A DNA stretch of 64,000 nucleotides, taken from Bilabrum cf. latius (lineage: Eukaryota). The stretch lies in contig OZ237737.1 in assembly GCA_965178125.1 (NCBI GenBank), positions 744,001 through 808,000 of the forward strand, read 5' to 3'. Below, piece by piece: positions 52,801 to 64,000 of the stretch. Below the pieces are notes generated by a model. That model made no database searches and was not told the origin of the DNA. It saw nothing but the letters and a program-made list of their open reading frames with translations. Position 1 is the stretch's first letter; every line of letters starts with the position of its first letter. The translations under genes were made by a program, and so were the position numbers.

Positions 52801-55800
52801 CTCGCCCTCGATGACCACCTGCTGCCCGCCCTTGGTGTCAGCCATGTCGGAGCCCTGGCCGCTGATGCTGGTGATGATGGGCAGGGCATAAGCAGAGACA
52901 CCGACATCGGCCGGGGAAGGTTTGGAAGTCTGGCCTCCAAGGGTCACCTGCCAGCGGTGGTTCTTGCCGATGCCAGGGGCAGTGCGGCACACGATCTGCT
53001 TGTGCGGATAGGAGCGTGAGACCCTGCACCCGACCGCCACGTACGGCGAAATCTCCTCATCAATCATGATGCTGACGTTGGCAATCAGGGTGTGGTACTC
53101 GGCGTTGATGGGTGCGGTATCCACGGGGCCGAAGTTGTCGCCGTAAATCGTGACCTCGTCCCCGCCTTCGGTGGCCAGCCGGTTGGCACTCACCGAGAAG
53201 ATGACTGGCGGCTCGTACGAGATGCTCGACTGGAAAAACTCCGATACCTACCCGCCGATCGTAACCGTGAACTGAAGGTTGGCACCGATGCCCTAGGAGG
53301 ACAGGCACCGCACGATCGTGTGGGAAGTAGCAATTCTGCAGCCCGATGCGGTGTACTCAGTACCGGTGGGGCCGTAGCGTACGGTGGCCGAGGTGGGGAT
53401 GCCGTTGTGGGTCGCAGGCCCGAAGTTGATACCGTCAATGATGATTGCCTCACCGCCGGACGTCTTGAGGGTAAAGTCGCCTGCCTGCTCTAGGCGGACC
53501 CCCTGGACGCGGGGTGGCGCGTACCCGGTCTTCTTCGTTGAAGTGTCTTGGTGTGGTACCCCAGAGTCTGGGTTTGTGGAACTGACGATCCAGATGTGGT
53601 CCAGACCCACGCCGGCGGGGATCGTGCACGTGATGGCAGACCCCGGCACCTTGCTGACGCACCCAGTGGCCGCGTACTTGGTGCCCTGCAGGGGGCCAAA
53701 TGTCACTGTGTATCGAGTGCGGTCCTGGATGCTGTCGCGCTGCATGCGCTCCGCGGTCAGACCCATGTTGCGCCCGGTGATGACCACCTGCACACCACCA
53801 GGCGTGGAGGATAGTACCTCCATGCTGCCATGCGTGACCTGCCAGTCAACCTGCTGCCCGTCAAAGAGGTTGGTCCAGTTGGCGCCATGATGCCTCTCGG
53901 GGTAGACATTCCATGCGAGCTACGCCTGCGCGGCTGCCTCCTCCACGTAGAACCCAGACACCTCCAGGTCGTTCACGTCAAGCACACGCACCACCACTGT
54001 GGTGGTGGCCTCGAGTGGGGCCTGGGCATCGCCATCCGTTGCGGTCAGTGTGAACGTGTACTGCTCCTGGTTCTCCCAGTCAAGCCCATCGTCGAAGACG
54101 GTAAGCTCGCCCTGGTTCGAGACCAGGAAGCGCTGGTCGTCCCCAGACGCGCTGCTCAGTGTGTAGCGCAGAGTGCCGCGGGCAGTGGTGGGGCTATCTC
54201 CATCGGTGGCGGTAGCCGTCCCGAGCACGGTCTCCCGCACTGCGTCCTCGCGAACGAGGAACACGTATGCGGTCTGGCGGAACTTTGGGGCCTCGTTGAT
54301 GTCAGTCACAGTGACGTTGATCGTGACCTCATCGCTGAGCCCGCGGCTGTCAGTGACGATTGCCACGTACGCGAAGCTGCTCTTTACGTCGTCTTCGAAA
54401 TCGAGTTCTTCTGGGTCGGAGCGGAAAGTGACGGCTCCAGTGGTGACATCGATGCGGAAGAGCGGGTTGGGGTTGACCTTCCAGCGGTAAGACAGCTCCC
54501 CCAGCGCAGCATCCCAGGAATCCTGGTCCACTGCCTGCACTGCGTCGCCTCCAAGCGGCGTGGTAGGCGAGGACAGCTCAGGAATGGTGAGCATGAGCCA
54601 CCGCTCTGCGCCAGTCTTGCCTGCCTGATCCACGCTGTCAACGACAAACATAGGCTTCTCGTTGACGTTCTCCACCACGATTCGCGCCTCAATCGAGGTT
54701 TCCATGGGAAGTGTCACGTGCGAGTCAGTCGCCGTGATGAGGACCTCGTACTCAGAGAACATGCCCTCAAAGTCGATGTTTCCCCCAGTAGCCGTTACAT
54801 AGATCTTGCCCTTGTTGACCGCGTTGTTCTCAGCTTCGGTGGAAGGTACCGTTCGGATCTCGAAGGGGAAAGGACGGTTGACGTTCTGCCCACGTGGGAA
54901 GATACGGTACGACAGAGTCTGCCCTGCCACGTGGTTCACATCGGTCGCAACAATCTCACCAACCAGCGTGTTAGGCGCGGAGTTCTCAGTGACGCGGAAC
55001 GGACCCGAGGGAGCCACAAACACAGGGTAGTCGTTGGCATCGGTCAGTTTGATGGTTACGATGTTGTCAGTTGACGCAAGGCCGGCCCTATCGGTCACAC
55101 TGACGTTAAGAGAAAACAAGTTCGACACGCCAGCCACATACCGCGAGTCAGACGGGCTGATATACTGGAACGCTGCAGCCTGGTGGTCATTCGTCGAGAT
55201 CATTCCGGAGTCTGAGTCGATCTTAAGCGAATCCTGGGTGTTGCCGGCCACTATACCAAAGGTGAAGGAATCACCGTCATCTTCGTCTTGCACGAACTGA
55301 GCCACTGAGCCGATGTCGGCCTCACGACCCGAAGCGGCGGTGAACACGATGCCAGACCGAAGGCTCGGGCCCTCGTTCACGTTAGTCAGGCGAACTTCGA
55401 CGGACGCGAGGTCAGACTGTCCGACCGTGTCGGTGACCTTCACCTAGACGGCGTACGACTTCTTGGACTCGAAATCTAGGTACGGCGCCCCAGGTTGGAG
55501 GTCTCGAACGTGCATGCGACCCGTGCGCTCCTCGATCGCGAAGGGCAGCTCGTTCTTGGTTGTGTTGTCCATTGAGATGATTTCGTACCTGAGCATGCTG
55601 AGGTCGGCCTCGTCTTGATCCGTAGCCACCACAATTCCCACCGTGGTGTCCGCACGGGAGTTCTCAGGAATGTTATCGAAGACAGCATCGTTAGCAACGG
55701 GCGGCTCCTGCACGTCGTTGATGTCAATGAGCCACTGAGCCTCGTCGGAGAATCCACCGGCATCAGTGACTTTTACCTTGAGGACGTGCTGGCTGGTCTT

Positions 55801-58800
55801 CTCGTGGTTGAGCGCGGCGCGAAGCACCTCGACCTCACCTGTGCTGCGCAGCACGCGGAACACCCCAGCGGGAGTCTGCTGAACGATGGAGTATGAGTGC
55901 GCATCTCCATCATCAGGATCCACCACCAGGTCTGAAGTGTTTGCCACCAGCGACGCAAAAGCAGAGTTCTCAGCGATGTTGAAGACGCGGTTGTCGATCC
56001 TCGGGTACTCGTTCATGTCAGTCACTGTCACTGTGACGGTTGCATTGTCCCACAATCCGCCTTCGTCCGTCACCTTGATCACAAGCTCGTAAATTTCGAC
56101 GCTCTCGTGGTCAAGAGCCAGCGCACCGGCAGCACTCACCTCTACCTGTGCCGCGCGGCCATCGCCGGCCACCTAGAAGTACCCATTGCCATTGCCGCCA
56201 ACAATACTCCATTCCAGATTCTCCTCTGCGAGTGGTCCATCAGGATCCGATCCGATGATTCGGACGCCGACATCGTCGCCCTCGGAGAGTTTGACCGAAC
56301 GGAGCGTAGTCTCCGGGATAGACCTTGCGGCGTCATCCACAACAGGAGCTTCATTCCGGTTGGTTACCTTAATGTCGGCGTCCACCGTGTCGCACAAAGC
56401 AGGGGACCCAGCGTCGCACACCTTGACGGTGAGAGTAAACTTGTTGACGTCTGCATCCTCATGGTCAATTCGGTCGGCCATTGCAAGGCTGAGGTCACCG
56501 GTGCTTCCGTCGATTGCGAAGAAACCGAGGTTGTTGCCTCCCTAAATGGACCAAGACAGCTGGCTCCAAGCTGCGGTAGTGGAGTTGACGTCCTCGTCCG
56601 TCGCAAGTAGTCCATGCGTGTGCGTGGACTCAACAGGAGTGTCCACTGGAGATCCTTCCATCACTTCGAACGAGTACTTGGTCTCGCCAGTAGGTAGGGT
56701 AATGACAGGCGCATCGTTGGCGTCGATGATGCGCACCGTGACGGTGGATTCATCGCTCAGCTGCGGCTTGCCGTCATCTCGGACCAGGATGCCCACAGTG
56801 TACTCGTTCTTCACCTCGTAGTTGAGCTTGGCCTTCTCGCGCACTTCGAGCTGTCCAGAGCAGGCATCAATCTTGAACAGAGAGGCTCCGTCTCCCGGTG
56901 ACGTGTCGCTGATGCTGAAGATGAGCTGCTGCCTCTCACCAAGGATGGGGTGTGCGTTGTCGGGGTCGCTGGCATTCAGCGGCTTGCCGGCCTTGGCAGG
57001 GCTGAGCGAGTTCTCGAGAATGGATCGCACTGCGTCCATCACAACGGGGGGCTCGTTTACGTCAGTGACTGCCACAGAGAACGTAGCCCTCGCGGATAGA
57101 CCGCCACCGTCCGTCGCCTTGACCTCCAGGTCGTAACCATCCGCGGCAAGGTCTTCAAAGTTCAGCACTCCATCTACAGCACCATCGGAAGTGACGGAGA
57201 CCACGCCAGTCCTAGAATCAACTGCGAAATAGTCCTTGCCGGTACCTCCAACGATTGTGTAGGTGAGTGTGCCGTTGCTGCCTGCATCCACGTCGGTGCC
57301 CTAAATAGTGCCGTCAATGAGGGAGGCACCAACCACTGGGTTCTCAGGAATTGTCATGCGACCAGAGGCCAACGTAGGTGCTTCATTGATGTCCACCACC
57401 TCAATGAAGACGTCGGCGTCTGCGTCCAGAGAGGGCACACCGTTGTCAGCTGCGGTAACCACGACGGTCCATGAGCTTGTCGTCTCGAAATCAAGGATGT
57501 CCTACGCCACCTTGATGAGGCCGCTTCCAGAGTCAATCGTGAAGACTCGCTGCAGACCGTTGGCGTTTCCGTCCAAAGCAATCGTGTACGTGATGGTCTG
57601 GTCGTCCAGGATGTCCGGGTCGACAGCCTTGCCGGCGAGAGAGCCAATCTTGGCAGCAAGCTCGCTGGGCTTGGTGTTCTCGTCCACCTTATAGCATGCT
57701 GCATATTCTCGGTTGTCTCCGTCGGGAGCCAGCCGGCATGTGGAAGTGGTCCACTCGAGCTTCTCATTGACGTCCTGCACGTTGATCTGCACCACGGCCC
57801 GGTCCTCGCGCTCGGGCTCGCCAGAGTCGGTGACCACCACCTCGAAGCCATACCAGCGCTGCGCCTCGTAGTTGGGAGACGAAGACGTGCCGATCTCAAC
57901 ATCACCGATCGAAGACACCGCAAACGTACCAGTGGCAGAGAATGCAGTGTTCTCGAAGCACACAGCAGTCGCGTGCACAGTCGAGACGCCGGCGCCAATT
58001 CCAATTCTCGTCGGTGAGAAAGCGTTGGAGTCCGTGTAGGTGAGGATAGTCGTAGCACCATCCGCATCGCGAGAGCGGCCGGTGCCCACCAGAATATCTC
58101 CATCATCCACAGCAACCCACAGCTCTACGTCCTACCTGCTGTCCAGCACACCAGCCACATTCTCCTCTGCCACCCTGTGCAGGGCCTGGCATGACGTGAG
58201 GAACTTTGGGCACTTGCGCAGCTGCACCTTGGTGTTGGAAGCGCTGCCAATACGCAATTCATAGTAGTTGCCCGTGGGGTCCGAGTAGTCCTCGTCGCCC
58301 TCGGAGGCATCCTGCTCCCGCAGGTGCACGATGAGGTCCTGCTTGGCACGCACCCGGAGGCTTGCCTCGATTGAAACGTCGGTGTCTCCAGTGTTGGCGG
58401 GCACGGGCGCATACTCGATGTAGTCGGCGCCAGCCTTGCTTACAGTGGCCGACCAGCACAGGTCCCTGCCCAGATCGTAGGAGAGAAGGTCTGCCGAGTC
58501 CTGATCAGTCGCCCTGAGCTTTGAGGAGACTGTGCTGCCCGCAGCCAAGTTCTCATCCGATTTTACGGACAGGTCAGCCAGCACAGGGGCGTCGTTAACG
58601 TCGTTGATGGTGATCGTGATGGTAGCCGTGTCAGTAAGATCGTAGGTGTCAGTAACTTTCACGCCAATGCTGTAAGAGGAGGTTGTCTCGCGATCCACGT
58701 CCAGGCTCGCGATGGTTACGACACCGGTGGACTCGTCGATTGCGAAGTGTCCATCGCTATTGCCATTACCAAAGAAGGAGAACTTGAGTTCACCATCATC

Positions 58801-61800
58801 GTCTGCGTCGACATCGGACGCTCGTACCGTCCCCACAGTGATGCCAGTCCTTGCTGGGTTCTCGTCCGTTGACATGGTGAGCGTGGAATCGTCGATCACG
58901 GGATTCTCACCGACGTCGGTGACGTTTACAGTAACCTGCGTGGTCACTGAAAGCTCTCCATCCGATACTTGCACGGTTAGATCGTAGTAGCTCCGAGTCT
59001 CGAAGTCCAGGATGTCGTCATTCACGCGGATCTCGCCGCGGCGGCGGCTCCCACTCGTGGCACCGGGCACTGTGTTGATTCGGAATGCGTCGGCGAAGTT
59101 GCCCTGTGTGATCGAGTACGACAGGGTATCATCTGTGTCCGCGTCCGCGCCTTGCACATACCCAATGAGCGTGCCCTCCCTGGAGTTCTCCTCGAGGGAG
59201 AAGGCCGCACCTGTGATGGTGGGCGGATCGTTGTACGGAATGATGTTGACCTGGATAGGTACTGAGGCAGCGAGGAACCCTGCGCCATCATCGGTCACGG
59301 TGACTGTCCCCTTGTAGGCCTAAAGCTGCGGCATGTACTCTGTGGGTCCCGATGGCGTGTCCTTGGCAACGTATACACGGCCTGTGGTCGGGTGGATGGC
59401 CAAGTCGTCGGCGTCTCCTCCGGTCGGGATGGTTGTCCAAGATACAGAGTACGTTAGGGAATCGCCATCATCTTCGTCCTCAGCAGTGACGCGACCCACC
59501 TCCTGGCCGTTGATTGCATTCTCGGCCGCCGAGAAGGTGAAAGAGGACTTGCTGATGACGGGGTTCTCGTTCACGTCGTTCACTGTGATAGTCACGGTTG
59601 CGGTATCGCTGAGGCCGCCGGCGTCCGTTACCTTGATAGTGAGCACGTAGGTTCCCTTGGTCTCGTGGTCCAAGTCTGCGTCAGATGCTGTAGTAATCTG
59701 GCCGGTAGTCTCGCCGATGGCGAACTTTGGGGAGTCGCTAGAAGTCACAAGAGAAAACTTGAGGTTGGTGTAGGGAACATCGGAGGCATCCACGTCAGTT
59801 GCCACCATGCGAGGACCGACGTTGGCGCTGTTGAGGTTTTCATCAACCGTGCGTGCCTGGTTGCCGATCACCGGAGCCTCGTTGACATCTACAATGTTGA
59901 TCTTCAAATCGGCCTCGGCATATAGACCCCCAATATCAGTTGCCCTGACACGAACCGTATGCGACGTCTCGGACTCAAAGTTGAGGCCCTGCTTGACTTC
60001 GAGGGTTCCGTCGGCCGTCAAGATCCGGAAGAAGCCTGCAGGGGTCTAAGACACAATGCTGTACGTATGCCTATCGTTAGCATCCACGTCAGTAGCCAGG
60101 TCCTTGGTTCCGGTCACGGCCGTTGCCACGGCAGCGCTCTCCTTGATACTGAATGTGCCATCCGAAAGCGCGGGGTTCTCGTTCACGTTGGTCAGCTTCA
60201 CGGTGATGGTGGCCGTGTCAGTCAGAGCCGGAGTGGCGCTGTCGGTGGCAGTCACGACAAGCTCGAGCTCATTGTTGTCGGCCTCAAAATCCAGTATGGG
60301 GTTGGTGCCCACCTTGATCTAGCCATCTGCAGAAACGGTGAAGTTTGCCCTGTCCGCGCCTCCAGTCAGCGTGTATGAAACAGTCTGCCCGTCATCAGGG
60401 TCCTTGGCGGCCAGTTTGGAACCCACCATTGCACCCTCAGCCGAGTTTTCTGCAAGTTCGATAGTCTTTTCGTCAAGGACGGGGGGCTCGTTGGCATCCA
60501 GAACAGTGACGGTGATGATGCCCCAGCCGCTAAGCTCGGGCTCGCCGTCATCAGTTGCCGAGATGTTGAGCTTGCGCACCTCCTCAGTCTCATGGTCGAG
60601 CTGGTCACCGTCCTTAATGGAGATCTGGCCCGTGCTGGAGTCGATCTTGAAGGCCCCGTCGGTGTTGCCCCCCTCGATTGAAAACGTGTGGTCCTGGTCG
60701 AAGTCCTCGTCCTGCACGAAGACCTTGTCACCAACGTTAGTGTCCTCATCGCTCAGTTCTGCCACGGACGCAGAGGCGGCGCGGACGGTGGGCGGCTCGT
60801 TCACGTCGTTGATCTGCACCGTGATCATGGCCGTGTCACTTAGACGAGCAGGTCCAGGCACAGGCCCAGCATCATCGGTCACTGAAACTGTGAGCGTGTA
60901 CTTAAAGCCCTGCGTCTGAAGCGTCTCATAATCGAGGCCCTCTTTCCGCACCTTGAGCTGACCAGAGCAAGCGTCAATCTTGAAAAAGCCGGCATCATTG
61001 CCCGACTCGATCTTGTACGAAAGCGACTGGCCCTTGTCAGGATCCGAGGCAACAAGTGCGTCGCCCACCACGGCATTGACCAGCGAGTTCTCGTCCACGT
61101 CTCTGGTCTAGTCCTAAATGGTGGGACGCTCGTTCCTGTCGACCACGTTTATGACCACCGATTTAGTGACAGACTGGGTAGGCGAGCCTGTGTCTGTTAC
61201 CTTGATCGTCAGAGTGAACTTGTTGCGGAAGCCAGTGGCGGCCTCAAAGTCGATCTTGGCTTTATCTAGAGACAGAGTCAGCCCATCAACTGAGAAGTAG
61301 TCATCGTCGTCCCCATTGCCGCCCAGGATGGCCATCGTGTGGTTGTCCAGCTTGTCCTCGTCCGTGACGACGATACTGCCGACAACGTCTCCCTAGAGAG
61401 CTGTTTCGGGCAGCTCGAGCGCCTTGGTGACGATTGTAGGCGCCTCGTTGACGTTGGTCACGGTCACTTTTACTGGCGTTGTTACTGAGAGACCAGATGA
61501 ATCGGTCACCACTACGTCCAGCTGGTGCTGAGCCGCGCTCTCGAAGTTGATCGAGGTGCTGCTGAGGGCCTTGACTGCTCCAGTGGTCTTGTCGATGTAG
61601 AAGGCAGTGGAACCACCGGCCAGGGAGAACGAGAGCTTGTCGTTGTTGTCCGGGTCAGTGGCCTTGGCGGTGAAGATGACCGTGTCTTTGGGGCGATTTT
61701 CAGCCGTCGTGGCCGACGTGACACCGGTGTATTTAGGCTTTTCATTGACATTGGTGATAAAAATCGTCCATGTCTTGGTGCTGGTCAGGCCTGCCTCGTC

Positions 61801-64000
61801 CATGGCTCGTACCGTCAGCGTATACTTGTTCTTGGTCTCGTAGTCCACCTCCTTGGCGAGGGACAGCACGCCAGCGGGAGTCAGCTGAAACACGTTGTTC
61901 GTATTGCCACTCACGAGCGCGTACCGGATCTGGTCCCTGTCCTCATCCGTGGCAGAAAGCCCACCGCCCACTGTAGTGCCGCGGGCAGATGACTCGGGCA
62001 CTTGTGCCGCAGTGGGCGCGTTGAGCTGGGGCGCGTCATTGACGTCGTTGAGATCAACACGCACGATTGCGGTGTCTGTCTTGCCCTTCTTGTCGGTGAC
62101 AGTGACAGTCAGTGAGTAGGTGGGGTTGGTCTCGTAGTTGAGCGAGGCCTTGTTCACCTTGAGGAGACCCTGGTTGCCCACGGAGGAGATCTTGAATGAG
62201 CTGCCCGTATTGCCCGCCGTGATTGAGTACGTGAGAGTTTCGCTGCTGTCGGGGTCCGTGCCCTTCAGAGCCGTGCCCACGTCAGTGTTAACGGCAGAGT
62301 TCTCGTCAACCTTGAAGCTGGCGTCGTCCAAGCTGGGCGCTTCGTTCACGTTCTTGACGTGAACGGTCCACGTGGAGGCCACAGACATGGGAACCAGGGC
62401 GTTTCCCTGCGCGTCTGATCCGGGTACATCCGTGCACCGGATACCCAGCGTGTACTTGCTCTTTGTCTCGTAATCCAGCGTGCCAGACAGCTCAATCTTG
62501 CCCGTGTTGGCGTTAATGATGAACATCTCCCCCGTGTTGCCAGAATCGATGAAGTACTGAACCGTGTGGTCGTCTGGGTCTGAACAGCTGGGGTTCTTGG
62601 GCAGCTCCGTCTTGGAGTCCTCGTCTTCGTCCAGCTGGGTAGATCCCGAGCTCATCGTGGGAGGCTTGTTGCCTGCCGTGATCTCCACCGTAATTGTTTG
62701 GGTAAACGACTTGCTCGGGCTGCCGTTGTCCGTGGCGACGATGTTGAATTCAACTTCGGCGGAGTTCTGACCATCAGGAAGCGGCTTGAGGTTGTCAAGC
62801 ACGGTGAGCTGGCCAGTGGTCGAACCAATCGTGATGGGAAGGCGCGTGTAGTCACTCGAGGGCTTGATGCTCTAGTCAGCGGCCTTGATCGCCCACGTTA
62901 CCTTCTACCCAGCGTCCGGGTCTGAGGCCACGAATGGCACGCCAATCTTGGTGCCGCTCTTGGCACTGTCGCCAACAGCCCTCTGGTTTGTCGAATCCGA
63001 GATCTCCGGCTCTTCGTTCACATCAGTGATGCGCACAGTGATGATGCCGGTGTCAGATTTCGTATTGGCGCCTCCCTCCACACCGTCCATGACGGTGACA
63101 GTGAGAGTGTACTCGCTCGTCACCTCGTAGTTGGGTGATGCGGCAACTTGCATCTGGCAGGTGCCAGCCTTGAAGGTGAAGGTGCCTCCCGTGTTGCCCC
63201 TCGACACGGCACACCGCACGCTGTCACCCTCCGGGTCAGTGGCCGGTAGCGCAGATCCCACGTTTGATCCAGCCGCAGAGTTCTCGGCGACAGTCAACGT
63301 GCGAGCAGCCAGCGAAGGCGCCTCGTCTGCGTCCGAAACAGTAATGGATACAGTTCCGGTATGGCTCAGTGCAGGGGACCCGGAATCCTGTACCTTGATG
63401 CCAAGGGTGTACCTGCTCTTGGTCTCGTGATCGAGGGCCTGCGCCACGCGGAGCTGGCCTGACAGCGAATCGATCGAGAAGCGGTTGTCCGAACCGGAGG
63501 TGATGCTGTAGAAGAGTGTCTGACCTTGATCGGGATCCGAAGCAGCAACCTTCGTGGTGCTGATCACGGCACCAATTGCCGTGTCCTCCTTGACCGTGAA
63601 CGACTGTCCCGACGTGAGAGTGGGCCTCTCATTCACGTTGTTGATGGCAATGCTCACAGCTCGCTGTCCTACCATACCCTTGCGGTCTTTTGCGATGACA
63701 GTCACGGACGCTGACTTGAGGGACTCGTAGTTCGGCGGCGCCTTTACCAGGATTTGCCCATCCGTACCCATCTTGAAGTAGCTGTTCGTTGTCATGGACC
63801 ACGTGAGTGAGGCCACATCCCCGGCATCCTCGTCCGTGGCCGTGAGCTTGTCCCCTACCTTGGTGTTCACAGCCGAGTTCTCGTTAATGCTGAGCACCTT
63901 TGATGGAGCAGCCACGACGGGAGGATCGGGCTGGTCGGTGACCTTGATGGTGAGCGTGGCCTTCTCGGTGTTCTTGCCGTCAGAGACGGTGACTCCGTAC
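46861..64000 (-). CDS. Giant nonagonal-type cadherin B (5'-truncated): cadherin repeats, FAMeT-like insert, IPT/TIG repeats, Cys-rich region, 9 TM, coiled coil, C-terminal WW domain (>5700 aa)
   Basis: A single intron-free frame from the window end to TGA 46861, interrupted only by 21 TAG. Canonical cadherin repeats 54000-64000 (LDYETK, DVNEAP, ATDxD), IPT repeats 49500-53850, nine TM segments 47730-49110, and WW domain LPDGWEARKDKKSGRVFYRNKETGKKQWKRP. Confidence 0.92.

Noticed and set aside
1-64000. Genes are pseudogenes, or stops come from C-to-T damage or sequencing error
   Set aside because: Random decay or deamination would also create TAA (from CAA) and TGA (from CGA) and frameshifts. 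Only TAG interrupts the exons, and catalytic motifs are intact.
1-64000. Pyrrolysine, programmed readthrough, or A-to-I editing (UAG to UGG)
   Set aside because: TAGs occur in all genes with no shared downstream motif, up to ~59 per gene and even in tandem, and they align with Gln rather than Trp or catalytic Pyl sites.
1-64000. Prokaryotic or phage origin (code-15 phages also use TAG=Gln)
   Set aside because: Multiple GT-AG spliceosomal introns that restore conserved motifs, plus CaaX, WW, NO66 and AAAP proteins, indicate a eukaryotic nuclear genome.
1-64000. Suppressor tRNA-Gln(CUA) or eRF1 gene in this window
   Set aside because: I did not recognise a tRNA, rRNA or release-factor gene by eye; a tRNAscan-SE run is needed to exclude a tRNA.

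Overview
Gene-dense, GC-rich eukaryotic nuclear DNA with short GT-AG introns and one 200-N scaffold gap. About 14 protein-coding genes can be rebuilt, but only if TAG is read as a sense codon. I counted roughly 120 in-frame TAG codons by hand, and they occur in every gene. They fall at conserved Gln positions in glucose-6-phosphate isomerase, in a NO66-type JmjC hydroxylase and in internal cadherin/IPT repeats. Genes end in TGA, or in TAA in one case directly after a CaaX box. I found no exonic in-frame TAA. The window therefore points to a nuclear genetic code with UAG=Gln and UAA/UGA=stop, uncoupling UAG from UAA, which is rare in eukaryotes. The right 36 kb holds two convergent giant paralogues of about 6000 aa (cadherin repeats + IPT/TIG repeats + Cys-rich + nine transmembrane helices). 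They resemble stramenopile 'nonagonal' cadherins, suggesting a heterotrophic stramenopile host (inference). The left part encodes a GH3 beta-xylosidase, an AAAP amino-acid transporter, a secreted pectate-lyase-3-fold protein, a Nit1-like nitrilase, a type I mucin-like membrane protein, JmjC, GPI and several hypothetical proteins. All domain calls come from motif recognition by eye; no database searches were run.
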